Source of the DNA: Candidatus Latescibacterota bacterium
GTDB taxonomy: Bacteria; Latescibacterota; UBA2968; UBA8231
NCBI GenBank assembly: GCA_965215195.1
Contig: CBDCDC010000002.1
Span: 3,712,001 to 3,776,000 of the forward strand
DNA length: 64,000 nucleotides
Reading direction: 5' to 3'
Positions 1 to 8,485 of the stretch are shown piece after piece. The stretch's first letter is position 1. Each line of letters opens with the position of its first letter. Position numbers and translations under genes: made by a program. Below the pieces are notes generated by a model. That model saw only the letters and a list, made by a program, of their open reading frames with translations, did not search any database and had not been told where the DNA came from.

Positions 1-513
1 ATCGCCATCGGAGCCATATTCGCCGGTTCCGGCAAAGGTGACCACCTGCCCATCGGCGTCCAGACGTGCGATGCGCGACAGCCTCCGTCTTCCTCCATCG
101 GACCACGCCCAGTTGACATGATCGACAAAGTAGAGCCGCCCTTGCCGGTCAAAGGCCATCGCGCCCGGCGCAATGCGGGCCTCTAGGGCCGCGATGCTGT
201 CTTGTAAGACATTGTCCCTTCGTTCCTTGCGGGTCTGCGGCACCCCGACGATGCGGGTGGCCGTGCCATTGGCTTCGAGGCGGTAGATCAGCGAGGCGTC
301 GGCCACATAGACGCGCCCCGCCGAGTCTAACGCCAAGCCAAAGGGGAGATAGCTCTTATGGTCGCCAAAGGCGGCCAAGTAATCGCCGTCGGGAGCGGTC
401 ACGGTAGTGACGGTGCCCGGCGCTCCACACGGCGGCAGTGCCCACAGAGGCAGCCCTAGAGACAGCAGCCCCAATACGGCGATGAGCACCCCAAGCCGAT
501 GCCTAGCAAGCAT
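1..513 (-). CDS. Secreted NHL-repeat beta-propeller protein, third array paralog (partial, runs off the left edge)
   Basis: Not in the ORF track; manual translation from ATG at 513 gives MLARHRLGVLIAVLGLLSLGLPLWALPPCGAPGTVTTVTAPDGDYLAAFGD...GRVYVADASLIYRLEANGTATRIVGVP...RIAPGAMAFDRQGRLYFVD, collinear with the two upstream paralogs; GGGAGG RBS just upstream; open to base 1. Confidence 0.9.
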   Translation of the reverse strand, partial: MLARHRLGVLIAVLGLLSLGLPLWALPPCGAPGTVTTVTAPDGDYLAAFGDHKSYLPFGLALDSAGRVYVADASLIYRLEANGTATRIVGVPQTRKERRDNVLQDSIAALEARIAPGAMAFDRQGRLYFVDHVNWAWSDGGRRRLSRIARLDADGQVVTFAGTGEYGSDGD

Positions 514-526
514 GGTGGCCCTCCCG

Positions 527-2248
527 TCAGTGTAGCAGCGTCAGCTTGTGCGTCTCGATAGCCCCATCGACCGAGAGCACCAGCAGATACGTGCCCGACG
601 CTTGGAATTGGCCAGTCTCGTCGCGCCCATCCCAGACGAATTGGTAGGAACCCGCCGGACGCAGAGCCTCCGCGGCCAGCACCTGCACTTGCTGTCCCAA
701 TTCATTGTAGATACGCACCGCTACGGATGCCGAATGCGCCAAGCGGAAGGCGACGGTGACGGCGGCATTGAACGGGTTGGGATACAGACGCAGGGAAGGC
801 AACGCTTCTTCCGAGACGCTCGCCTCGGGGGCTTCCTCAACCGCCTCGACGGCTGTGGGCACTCCCCGCTCGCTGACCCCACAGATGCGGCGCAAATGCG
901 AAAAGGCCCCTCCTGCCCACATAAAGCCCCCCGTCGACATCGCGACTAACAGATCGCCTTGGGGCGTCAGCAGCAGGAGATAAGGCCACCCGATCGGGGC
1001 CTCCAGGGCCGGACCGCCATCGCCAATGTGGTCGCGGCAAACAGGCCACTCCCACTCCTTGTCAGCCACCACCCGCTTGTCGGCGGCCAAACAGCCTGGC
1101 GACCTCCTGAAGTCCAGTCCGTTGCCAGCGATGGTTTCGAGGAGGCCGTCGGACCGGACGCGATGGATGCGGTGGAAATTGTTATTGGCAATATACAACG
1201 TACCCTCGGAGTCGATGGCTAGGTCTGTAGGAAAGTAGAGAGGAGCTTCGGTCGCCGGTCCGCCATTGGCGACAAAGTACCCGCCTAAGCGTTCTTCCGA
1301 TTCCCACTCCCCTTCCAACGCGGCGTTGCGCATGGCCCTACGGTCGTCCCGATTAAAAGGGTCGCCCCAATCCGACCCGGCCACGTGTTCGATCGCGCCA
1401 TCGGCAGGGCGGCGGAAGACCTGAGTTAGCGTCCTAAAATACAGTCTGCCTTGGCCATCTATAGACAGGGCTCCTACCCAAGGTGCCTCCACTAGTGTGG
1501 AGACGACCCCTTGGGCATCAATGCGCCGAATCCCTCCATAGCCCGAAAATAGCAGACGGCCCTTCTGATCGAACACCAGCGAATTTATGGCACCGAACTC
1601 GAACGGACCGGCAAAGGTGACTACCTGCCCATCTGTCTCCAAGCGTGCGATGCGTGCCTTCGCCTTCTCTTGGCCGGCAACCGAAAATATCTGCCACCCG
1701 TTGACATAATCGACAAAGTAGAGCCGCCCTTGCGGGTCAAAGGCCATCGCGCCCGGCGCAATGCGGGCATCCAGCGCCGCGACAGTGTCTGCCAAGACAT
1801 TGAAACGCTGCAACAGCGGGGGCCGATGCGTCGTTGTTTCATCGTATCCGAGGGGATGGCTGGCGTAGTCATAGTCGTCCTCGCTGTACGAGATATGATA
1901 CTGGGGTACGCCGACGATGCGCGTAGCCGTGCCATCGGCTTCGAGCCGGTAGATGATCGTCTGGTCGGCTACGTAGATGCGCCCTTGGGGGCCTATGGCC
2001 AACGCCTGCGGATAGTAGCTGTGGTACTCCGGCGCGGCGACCTTGTCGGCCGGGCCCCCTACGGTTTCGTACTGTATCGGCGGGTAGATCGTGTAATCGC
2101 TGAAGGCGGCGAGGTAGTCGCTGTCGGGGGCGGTCACGGTGGTGATGGTGCCCGGCGTACCACACGGCGGCAGCGCCCACAGAGGCAACCTCAGAGACGC
2201 TACCCCCAACACGGCCAAGACAGCATAGAGCCGATGCCTAAAAACCAT
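527..2248 (-). CDS. Secreted NHL/teneurin-like beta-propeller protein with C-terminal FlgD-Ig / T9SS-CTD-like domain
   Basis: Signal peptide MVFRHRLYAVLAVLGV...LWA; NHL blades (GRIYVAD, GRLYFVD, TLYIAN, GDGGPALEA); C-terminal LYPNPFNAAVTVAF...WDGRDETG...SGTYL...KLTLLH; start placed at ATG 2248 after a GGAGGGG RBS. Confidence 0.85.
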   Translation of the reverse strand: MVFRHRLYAVLAVLGVASLRLPLWALPPCGTPGTITTVTAPDSDYLAAFSDYTIYPPIQYETVGGPADKVAAPEYHSYYPQALAIGPQGRIYVADQTIIYRLEADGTATRIVGVPQYHISYSEDDYDYASHPLGYDETTTHRPPLLQRFNVLADTVAALDARIAPGAMAFDPQGRLYFVDYVNGWQIFSVAGQEKAKARIARLETDGQVVTFAGPFEFGAINSLVFDQKGRLLFSGYGGIRRIDAQGVVSTLVEAPWVGALSIDGQGRLYFRTLTQVFRRPADGAIEHVAGSDWGDPFNRDDRRAMRNAALEGEWESEERLGGYFVANGGPATEAPLYFPTDLAIDSEGTLYIANNNFHRIHRVRSDGLLETIAGNGLDFRRSPGCLAADKRVVADKEWEWPVCRDHIGDGGPALEAPIGWPYLLLLTPQGDLLVAMSTGGFMWAGGAFSHLRRICGVSERGVPTAVEAVEEAPEASVSEEALPSLRLYPNPFNAAVTVAFRLAHSASVAVRIYNELGQQVQVLAAEALRPAGSYQFVWDGRDETGQFQASGTYLLVLSVDGAIETHKLTLLH

Positions 2249-2262
2249 GGCGGCCCCTCCCA

Positions 2263-3912
2263 TCAGTGCAACAGCGTCAGCTTGTGCGTCTCGATAGCCC
2301 CATCGACCAAAAATACCAGCAGATACGTGCCCGACGCTTGGAACTGGCCAGTCTCGTCGCGCCCATCCCAGACGAATTGGTAGGAACCCGCCGGACGCCG
2401 TTCCTCTGCGGCCAACACTCGCACCTGCTGCCCCAGCTCATTACAGATACGCACCGCTACGGACGCCGAATGCGCCAAGTCGAAGGCGACGGTGACGGCG
2501 GCATTGAAAGGATTGGGATACAGGCGCAGAGCAGGAAACGCTTCTTCAGCAAGGCTCGCCGACGCCTGCGTCTCAACCGCCTCGACGGCTGTGGGCACTC
2601 CCCGCTCGCTGACCCCACAGATGCGGCGCAAATGCGAAAACACCCCTCCGGTCCACCCCATAATACTCTCCACCGGCATCGTGACTAACAGATCGCCCGC
2701 AGGCGTCAGCAGCAGACGCTCAGGATGCCAGATCGGAGCCTCCAGCGCCGGACCGCCATCGCCAATGTGGTCGCGGCAGTGTTCTGCCACCTCCTTCGGA
2801 GCGTTATTACAGCCTAGTGAAAAACTAGAATCCAGTCCGTTGCCAGCGATGGTTTCGATGAGGCCGTCGGGACCCACCCGATGAATGCGGTGGAAATAGT
2901 AATTGGCAATATACAAGCTGCCCTGTGCGTCGATCGCGAGGCTGGCTGGGAAGTCTAAAACGGCTTCGGTCGCCGGTCGGCCTTCGGCCCCAAAGCGCCG
3001 ACGCCATTTGCCGTCGAACTCCTCGCCGACGAACCTATCCTCCCCCGAACCGGCCACGTGCTCAATCCCCCCATCGGCTGTGCGGCGGAAGACCTGATTA
3101 TCCATCGTAAAATACAGCCCCCCTTGCCCATCCATGACCAAGGCCCATATCTGGTCTGCTTCTACCAGCGGGGAGATGATGCCTTGCCCATCAATGCGCC
3201 GAATACCCCCATCGCCAGCGACTAGCAGGTGGCCTTCCCGATCGAACACTAGCGAACCGGTGTAGCCAAACGGGGCTGGACCGGCAAAGGTGACCACCTG
3301 CCCATCGGCGTCCAAGCGTGCGATGCGCACCAGCGTCGGCAATCGTTCTTCGGTCCGCCTCCGGTTGACATAATCGACAAAGTAGAGCCGGCCGTGCCGG
3401 TCAAAGGCCATCGCGCCCGGCGCAATGCGGGCATCCAATGCCGCGACGGTGTCCGCCAAGACATTGAAACGCTGCAACACAGGGGGCTGAGAAGTATGCA
3501 GCTCATCGTATCCGAGGGGATGGCTGGCGTAGTCATAGTCGTCCTCGTTATGAAAAATGCTATACTGGGGTACGCCGACGATGCGGGTGGCGGTGCCATC
3601 GGCTTCGAGGCGGTAGATGATCGTCTGGTCAGCCACATAGATGCGCCCTTGGGGGTCTAAGGCCAACGCCTGCGGATAGTAGCTGCGGTACTCCGGCGCG
3701 GAGACCAAGTCGATAAGGCCAAGTACAGTTCCGTACTCTACCGGCGGGTGGATTGTGTAATCGCTGAAGGCGGCCAAGTAATCGCCGTCAAGAGCGGTCA
3801 CGGTGGTGATGGTGCCTGGCGCACCACACGGCGGCAGTGCCCAAAGAGGCAACCTCAGAGACGCTACTCCCAACATGGCCAAGACAGCATAGAGCCGATG
3901 CCTAAAAACCAT
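2263..3912 (-). CDS. Secreted NHL/teneurin-like beta-propeller protein with C-terminal FlgD-Ig / T9SS-CTD-like domain (paralog)
   Basis: Same architecture, with near-identical N- and C-termini to 527-2248; start at ATG 3912 (MVFRHRL) with GGAGAGGGG RBS; the track's extension to 4020 is an off-frame reading of the remnant unit. Confidence 0.85.
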   Translation of the reverse strand: MVFRHRLYAVLAMLGVASLRLPLWALPPCGAPGTITTVTALDGDYLAAFSDYTIHPPVEYGTVLGLIDLVSAPEYRSYYPQALALDPQGRIYVADQTIIYRLEADGTATRIVGVPQYSIFHNEDDYDYASHPLGYDELHTSQPPVLQRFNVLADTVAALDARIAPGAMAFDRHGRLYFVDYVNRRRTEERLPTLVRIARLDADGQVVTFAGPAPFGYTGSLVFDREGHLLVAGDGGIRRIDGQGIISPLVEADQIWALVMDGQGGLYFTMDNQVFRRTADGGIEHVAGSGEDRFVGEEFDGKWRRRFGAEGRPATEAVLDFPASLAIDAQGSLYIANYYFHRIHRVGPDGLIETIAGNGLDSSFSLGCNNAPKEVAEHCRDHIGDGGPALEAPIWHPERLLLTPAGDLLVTMPVESIMGWTGGVFSHLRRICGVSERGVPTAVEAVETQASASLAEEAFPALRLYPNPFNAAVTVAFDLAHSASVAVRICNELGQQVRVLAAEERRPAGSYQFVWDGRDETGQFQASGTYLLVFLVDGAIETHKLTLLH

Positions 3913-3926
3913 GGCGACCCCTCTCC

Positions 3927-4031
3927 TCAGTGCAGCAGCGTCAGCTTGTGCGTCTCGGTAGCCCCATCGACCGAGAGCACCAACAGATACGTGCCCGACG
4001 CTTGGAACTGCCCGTCCCATCGGTAATACAT
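3927..4031 (-). pseudogene. Collapsed array unit: 34-aa mini-ORF MYYRWDGQFQASGTYLLVLSVDGATETHKLTLLH (C-terminal tail of the paralog family)
   Basis: About 85 nt nearly identical to the 3' ends at 527 and 2263; own ATG at 4031 preceded by GAGGAGG; stop followed by the same RBS-containing junction as the other units. Confidence 0.75.
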
Positions 4032-4193
4032 AGCACGACCTCCTCGTCGATTAAAACCGCCGGTCAGACCAGCGGTCGTAGATGGGCATTTCTCTGGTGC
4101 GATTAAGCCGCTGGACTCAAGCGCACAGAGGCTTGTTGCGGCGGATTAACATAAATCCTCAAGCGATTTATAGCCACTGGTTCTCGTCCAAGT

Positions 4194-5864
4194 TCACCGG
4201 CCCGCCGCCGACCGCCGGACCCCCACCTTCCTGTAAATCTCCGCGCGCACCTCGTAGATTTCCCGCGCCTCTCGGAGCATCTCCGCCCCGCCCCGCTCCA
4301 TCCATTCGGCCACAAAAGCGTCGAAATAGTCGAGGTCGCGCTCGCCGCGCACGATTTCGGCGTAGGCCGTCATCTGCAAATTGCGCAAATCGCGCAAATG
4401 CTTGATCGACGAGGGCACCACGTCCGGCTTGCCGAACAGGCCGGCCTGCGCCCACTCCGGGTGCTGATAGCGCTCGCGGTGTTGCAACATGGCCGTCGGC
4501 AGGTACTTGTCGGCAATGGCGGGCCGGACCCCGCAGGGCGAGAAAAAGCCGCCCGGGCCATCGACGTTCAACGTGGTCAGATGCTTGAGGGCGACGTTGC
4601 GGTCGTCGTAGGGCGGCAGATGGTACAGGCCGCGCTCAGGGTCGAAGTCCCAATGCACGCCCCGCTGGCCCATCCGCACCTCGACAAAGAGCGTTTCCTC
4701 AACAGCTAGCGCCTCGAAAATTTTGAGCATCCGCACGACCTTTTCAGGCGCTGCGGCCACCTGCTTGCCGAAGACAAAGACGTGGGCAGCCGTGCTCCAC
4801 ACCCGCCCCCCGCGGAGGCCTTCGGGGCCGGCCGGGAACGGCCCGACCACCACCTCGGCACCCGGCTGCAACTCGGCAATGACCGATACCAACGAGGCCT
4901 TGTTGTACGCGTCAAAGCTGCCGTAGCTGCCGTAGCCGAAGAGATAACCCGTCTTGCCACTGACGAATTTTTGGTAGGGCATTGGGCTGCTCTTGATTTG
5001 GCCGATCGCAAAGTCCGGGTCAATCAGCCCGTCGGCGTACCACTTGCGCAAAAAGCCCAGTATCTCTTTGACCTCGGGCCGAGTCCCGCCCCACACGACC
5101 TCGCCGTCGTCCAGCATCCAGCCGTGCGGCACGATCCCGTAGGCCCCGAAGACCTCGCCAAAGACATTGAACCAAGCCTGCGCGTTGGGACACATGCCGT
5201 AGGTGTCTCGTATCCCATTGCCATCCGGGTCCTCGTGGCGAAACTTCCACAGGGCCGCGTACATCTCGTCGAGCGTTGCCGGCACTTTGTCGATGCCGAC
5301 GTTGCGCAGCCAGTCCATCCGCCAGATTCCCGGCACTGGATAGCCGAGGCTACTGCCCCAAGTGGGGATGCCGTAGTTGGCCCCCTTCCAGTAGGCGTAG
5401 AGCCAAGCCGAGGGCGCGTACTGGTTGAGATAGCGCACGTAGTTGGGCGCGTGTTTTTGGATGACCTCGTAGGGAATGGGCAACGCATAGCCGTGGTGGG
5501 CGTCCTTTTGCACCACGACCGGATCGCCGGCGTAGAACAAATCGGGCACATTGCCGCCGGCAAAGACCAGCGGCCGACGCCGCATATAGGCGAAATGGCT
5601 GGTGAACAGGGGCTTGAATTCGACGTTGAACCGCGCTTCGAGCCGCTTTTCGATCCAAGTCCCCTCGCGTGCGGTGGGATGGCGCGGGATGCTCATCCAA
5701 GAGATCTCGAGCCGCTCGGCCGGGTCATCGACGACCGCATCCCAGTCGATACTCAGCTCGGCCTCTGTCGCCTGTATCCTCCGCGCTTGCCGCTCGGCGA
5801 GGGCATACACAGCGCTGATGCCGGCGAAAAACGCCAACAGGGCGAGAATTTTTCTCCGCGTCAT
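4194..5864 (-). CDS. ABC transporter extracellular solute-binding protein (family 1, carbohydrate/LplA-like)
   Basis: N-terminal hydrophobic segment; RMDWLRNVGIDKVPATLDEMYAALWKFRHEDPDGNGIRDTYG, WYADGLIDPDF and FDAFVAEW motifs typical of LplA-type SBPs. Confidence 0.85.
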   Translation of the reverse strand: MTRRKILALLAFFAGISAVYALAERQARRIQATEAELSIDWDAVVDDPAERLEISWMSIPRHPTAREGTWIEKRLEARFNVEFKPLFTSHFAYMRRRPLVFAGGNVPDLFYAGDPVVVQKDAHHGYALPIPYEVIQKHAPNYVRYLNQYAPSAWLYAYWKGANYGIPTWGSSLGYPVPGIWRMDWLRNVGIDKVPATLDEMYAALWKFRHEDPDGNGIRDTYGMCPNAQAWFNVFGEVFGAYGIVPHGWMLDDGEVVWGGTRPEVKEILGFLRKWYADGLIDPDFAIGQIKSSPMPYQKFVSGKTGYLFGYGSYGSFDAYNKASLVSVIAELQPGAEVVVGPFPAGPEGLRGGRVWSTAAHVFVFGKQVAAAPEKVVRMLKIFEALAVEETLFVEVRMGQRGVHWDFDPERGLYHLPPYDDRNVALKHLTTLNVDGPGGFFSPCGVRPAIADKYLPTAMLQHRERYQHPEWAQAGLFGKPDVVPSSIKHLRDLRNLQMTAYAEIVRGERDLDYFDAFVAEWMERGGAEMLREAREIYEVRAEIYRKVGVRRSAAGR

Positions 5865-5872
5865 GGCACCCT

Positions 5873-5912
5873 AAAAAAACAAGGGAGGCAGATCGAAAGC
5901 GATCTACCTCCC
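5873..5912 (-). terminator. Rho-independent terminator downstream of 5942-6880
   Basis: Stem GGGAGGCAGATCG / CGATCTACCTCCC with a 4-nt loop, followed on the minus strand by TTGTTTTTTT. Confidence 0.8.
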
Positions 5913-5941
5913 CAAGTTAAATCCGAAAACTACCGGGCCAG

Positions 5942-6880
5942 CTACTGCATGTACGAAGCCTTGATGTGGCCCCAGCTATCGTTTTCGACAGCGGTCGGCA
6001 AAAGCTCCGGCTGCGCCGGCAGCAGGATGAAGTCGGTGATGCACTTGCCGTCGCCATTGCCGCAGCGCTGACCGCCCATGCGCCAAGCGGCGAAGCGACG
6101 GTCGGTATCGTTGTCGGTGCCCACATCGTTGTCGATGATCGAGATGCCCAGACCGATGATGTCGTTTTCGCTGAAGGCGTGTTGGACGCTGTTTTCGGGC
6201 GATGCGTGGTCGAAATCGTCCCAGCCCACGGTCCACCACTCGGCTTGGAAGGTCGCCTCAGTGGCGTGTGCGCCGTTGAGATTGAAGGATTCGCCGCAGC
6301 ACGAATAAGGCTCGACATCGTGCCAAGTGGCGCTAGAGGCCCAAAGCCAGTTCCAGCCAATCGGCTCCAGCGGCGGCCAGCGGTAGTGGCTCATCTGGTT
6401 GAGGCGACCCCGGTTGCGCAGCACTTCCTCCTCGGTGTCGAAATCGTCGGTGCCAAACCACGAGACATCGCCGCCGTGGTTGGCGTCGAGGTTGATCTCA
6501 AAGCTGTCGTCGCCACCAGCGCCGCCCACACCACCGCCATCGCGATCCCACAGATCGTCGAAGCGGTCAAAGACGAAGTAGAGGCGGTCCAGCTCGTCGT
6601 TCCAGCCCGAGGTCCAGCGGAAGTTTAGATCGGCGGTATTGACCTCGGCCCCAACCTCGCCGGCCACTACCGCGTGCAGGAGTTCGCCGTTGAACTCGCT
6701 GAACGGCGTGAGCCACAAATTGTCGGGCACTACGTCCCACTCGGAAATATCGCCGTCCATTACCGGCAGATGCGACGTAGGCCACTGCCAGACGCCCAAA
6801 ATCAGCCCTTCGGGCACGTGCCCGAAAGAAGCCGTACTCAGCCCCAAAAGCGCTACGGCCAGCGTCAATCGTTTCCTCAT
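5942..6880 (-). CDS. Secreted acidic protein, CBM9/DOMON-like fold, with C-terminal TAVENDSWGHIKAS tail
   Basis: Start MRKRLTLAVALLG with AAGGAG RBS; PVMDGDISEW, RLYF, DDSFEINLD and IIGLGISIIDND resemble DOMON/CBM9 motifs. Confidence 0.6.
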   Translation of the reverse strand: MRKRLTLAVALLGLSTASFGHVPEGLILGVWQWPTSHLPVMDGDISEWDVVPDNLWLTPFSEFNGELLHAVVAGEVGAEVNTADLNFRWTSGWNDELDRLYFVFDRFDDLWDRDGGGVGGAGGDDSFEINLDANHGGDVSWFGTDDFDTEEEVLRNRGRLNQMSHYRWPPLEPIGWNWLWASSATWHDVEPYSCCGESFNLNGAHATEATFQAEWWTVGWDDFDHASPENSVQHAFSENDIIGLGISIIDNDVGTDNDTDRRFAAWRMGGQRCGNGDGKCITDFILLPAQPELLPTAVENDSWGHIKASYMQ

Positions 6881-7553
6881 AGTTTGTCTCCTTCTCTTAG
6901 GTGGGGGTTGCTTCGATAAAATTCTCGCGCCGATATTCAAAGAACGGTTAGACTGATATAGCGATTCTCTGCTCCGTTCATTGGGCGCGACCACCGCGAC
7001 GGGCTTATCGGCGCGGGTCGAAGGAGCCGTCAGCCCCTATCGGGTCCCGCGTTTTCTGTCTCGCGCCGACTAGGATGGGCACCCCTCTGGCAGCCGGTCA
7101 AGCCGCTGATGCGCGCGATCGCAACCGGACGATGGGGTGCTTATTGGTAGAGGATACCCATCCTCTTCCGCGATGTCAAGATCCGGGGGGTCAAGCGCAA
7201 CCGTTGGGTTGCGAACCATGAACAGAGGCGGGCGATGGTGTGCGGGTGCGACCAGAAGCCAATACCCTTTACTTTTGTTGGCAGACGCAATCGAAGACAA
7301 CGACCGCTACATGGGCGCAAACAGCAAGACCCGTTTGAGGGGAGTGCGTTAGACTAAATCCTGCTGTCGCGCCTCTTCACCCTGCCTTTAGGCGCGATAA
7401 AGCTCGCGTACGCGGGTAAGGACACCGGGCGGGGCCGCAAGCGGCAGATGCTGCGTAACATCAGTTAAAAATAAACAGCGGCTCAAGTGCGAAAAAGGAG
7501 GACGAGAGTTGACGACGCTTGTCGCGTCATGGCTCATTAGGATAAGGTCTGAG

Positions 7554-8405
7554 ATGGACGCGGTGGCAGTCATTGGCTCGGCGACGATGGACCGCGTGGT
7601 CCAAGGCGGCGCGAGTGTGTATAAGCGCGGAGGGGTGGTCGCGTATGCTGGACTGACCTTTGCCGAGTTGGGCGTGGAGACGCGGGTGTTGACCAATATC
7701 GCCGAAGCGGACCGGGCGATGCTGGCGGTGTTGCAGCAGCGGGGTATTGCAGTCTATGTGGGCCAGAGCGCGGCGACGACCTGTTTTGTCAACTACGTCG
7801 ATGGCGACGCACGGCGGCAGGAGTTGCTCGCTTGCGCCGCGCCGATTGCCGCAGCCCAGCTCGGGCCGGTGCTCGCCGGCGTGAAGCACGTGCATTTGGG
7901 GCCGCTGCATCCGCATGATCTGGCCGAGGATCTGCTAGCGGCGATGGACGGCGTGGTGAGCTTGGACCTCCAAGGCTATGTGCGGCGGATTGAGGGGACG
8001 CAGGTGTACCGGGGGGTTGCTAAAAGTCTGTATGCCGCCCTACAACGAGCGGCCTATGTCAAAGCTGGCAACGATGAATTAGAACTCGTGCTCGCCGACT
8101 GCGGCCTGACGCTGGACCAATTGATGCGCGATTGCTCGGTAGCAGAGTGGGTCGTCACCGAAGGCTCGCACGGCGGCTGGATCGCCAGTCGGCAGGGGAA
8201 GCGGACGAAGTTTGCGTCGGCTCCAGTGGCGACGGTAGCTGACCCAACCGGGGCCGGGGACGTGTTTTTCGCCGCGTATATCGCGCATCGCCTACATCGA
8301 GGGGCAGGGATTGCTATGGCCGCTCAACGCGCTGCTGCGTTGGCTGCGCACCATGTGGAGGGGGGTTTTATCGACGCGGCGACGTTGCGTTTGAAGAGAG
8401 GTTGA
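7554..8405 (+). CDS. PfkB family carbohydrate kinase
   Basis: GG-x-V-x-YAG N-terminal motif and DPTGAGDVFFAAY signature. Confidence 0.9.
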   Translation: MDAVAVIGSATMDRVVQGGASVYKRGGVVAYAGLTFAELGVETRVLTNIAEADRAMLAVLQQRGIAVYVGQSAATTCFVNYVDGDARRQELLACAAPIAAAQLGPVLAGVKHVHLGPLHPHDLAEDLLAAMDGVVSLDLQGYVRRIEGTQVYRGVAKSLYAALQRAAYVKAGNDELELVLADCGLTLDQLMRDCSVAEWVVTEGSHGGWIASRQGKRTKFASAPVATVADPTGAGDVFFAAYIAHRLHRGAGIAMAAQRAAALAAHHVEGGFIDAATLRLKRG

Positions 8406-8485
8406 ACGGGCCCTACTGCTTGGACCCTTGCCGTCAAATGTATAAGGGCCGGAAGTGGTTGACAGGTCGCCTCGTCATTATGAGT

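Larger units (their letters stand above)
527..4020. repeat. Tandem gene-length repeat (period about 1.66-1.74 kb); 3' blocks begin at 527, 2263 and 3927
   Basis: TCAGTG(T/C)A(G/A)CAGCGTCAGCTTGTGCGTCTCG(A/G)TAGCCCCATCGACC recurs at all three positions; several hundred nt shared between the first two. Confidence 0.9.

Noticed and set aside
527-4031. Diversity-generating retroelement, with the 3927-4020 copy as template repeat
   Set aside because: No reverse transcriptase in the window. Differences among the three copies are mostly ordinary transitions, not restricted to template adenines, and the repeated part is the conserved tail rather than the variable region.
4782-6071. Long antisense or alternative-frame ORFs (also 14632-15582, 19934-20836, 34034-34948, 40486-41520)
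   Set aside because: Shadow ORFs expected in GC-rich DNA, overlapping well-supported genes, with no recognisable motifs.
6881-7553. SRP RNA, 6S, tmRNA, RNase P or TPP riboswitch
   Set aside because: Hallmark motifs (for example the SRP CAGG...GGAA...AGCAG loop or TPP CTGAGA...ATACC...CCTGA) were not found; kept only as an unnamed structured region.
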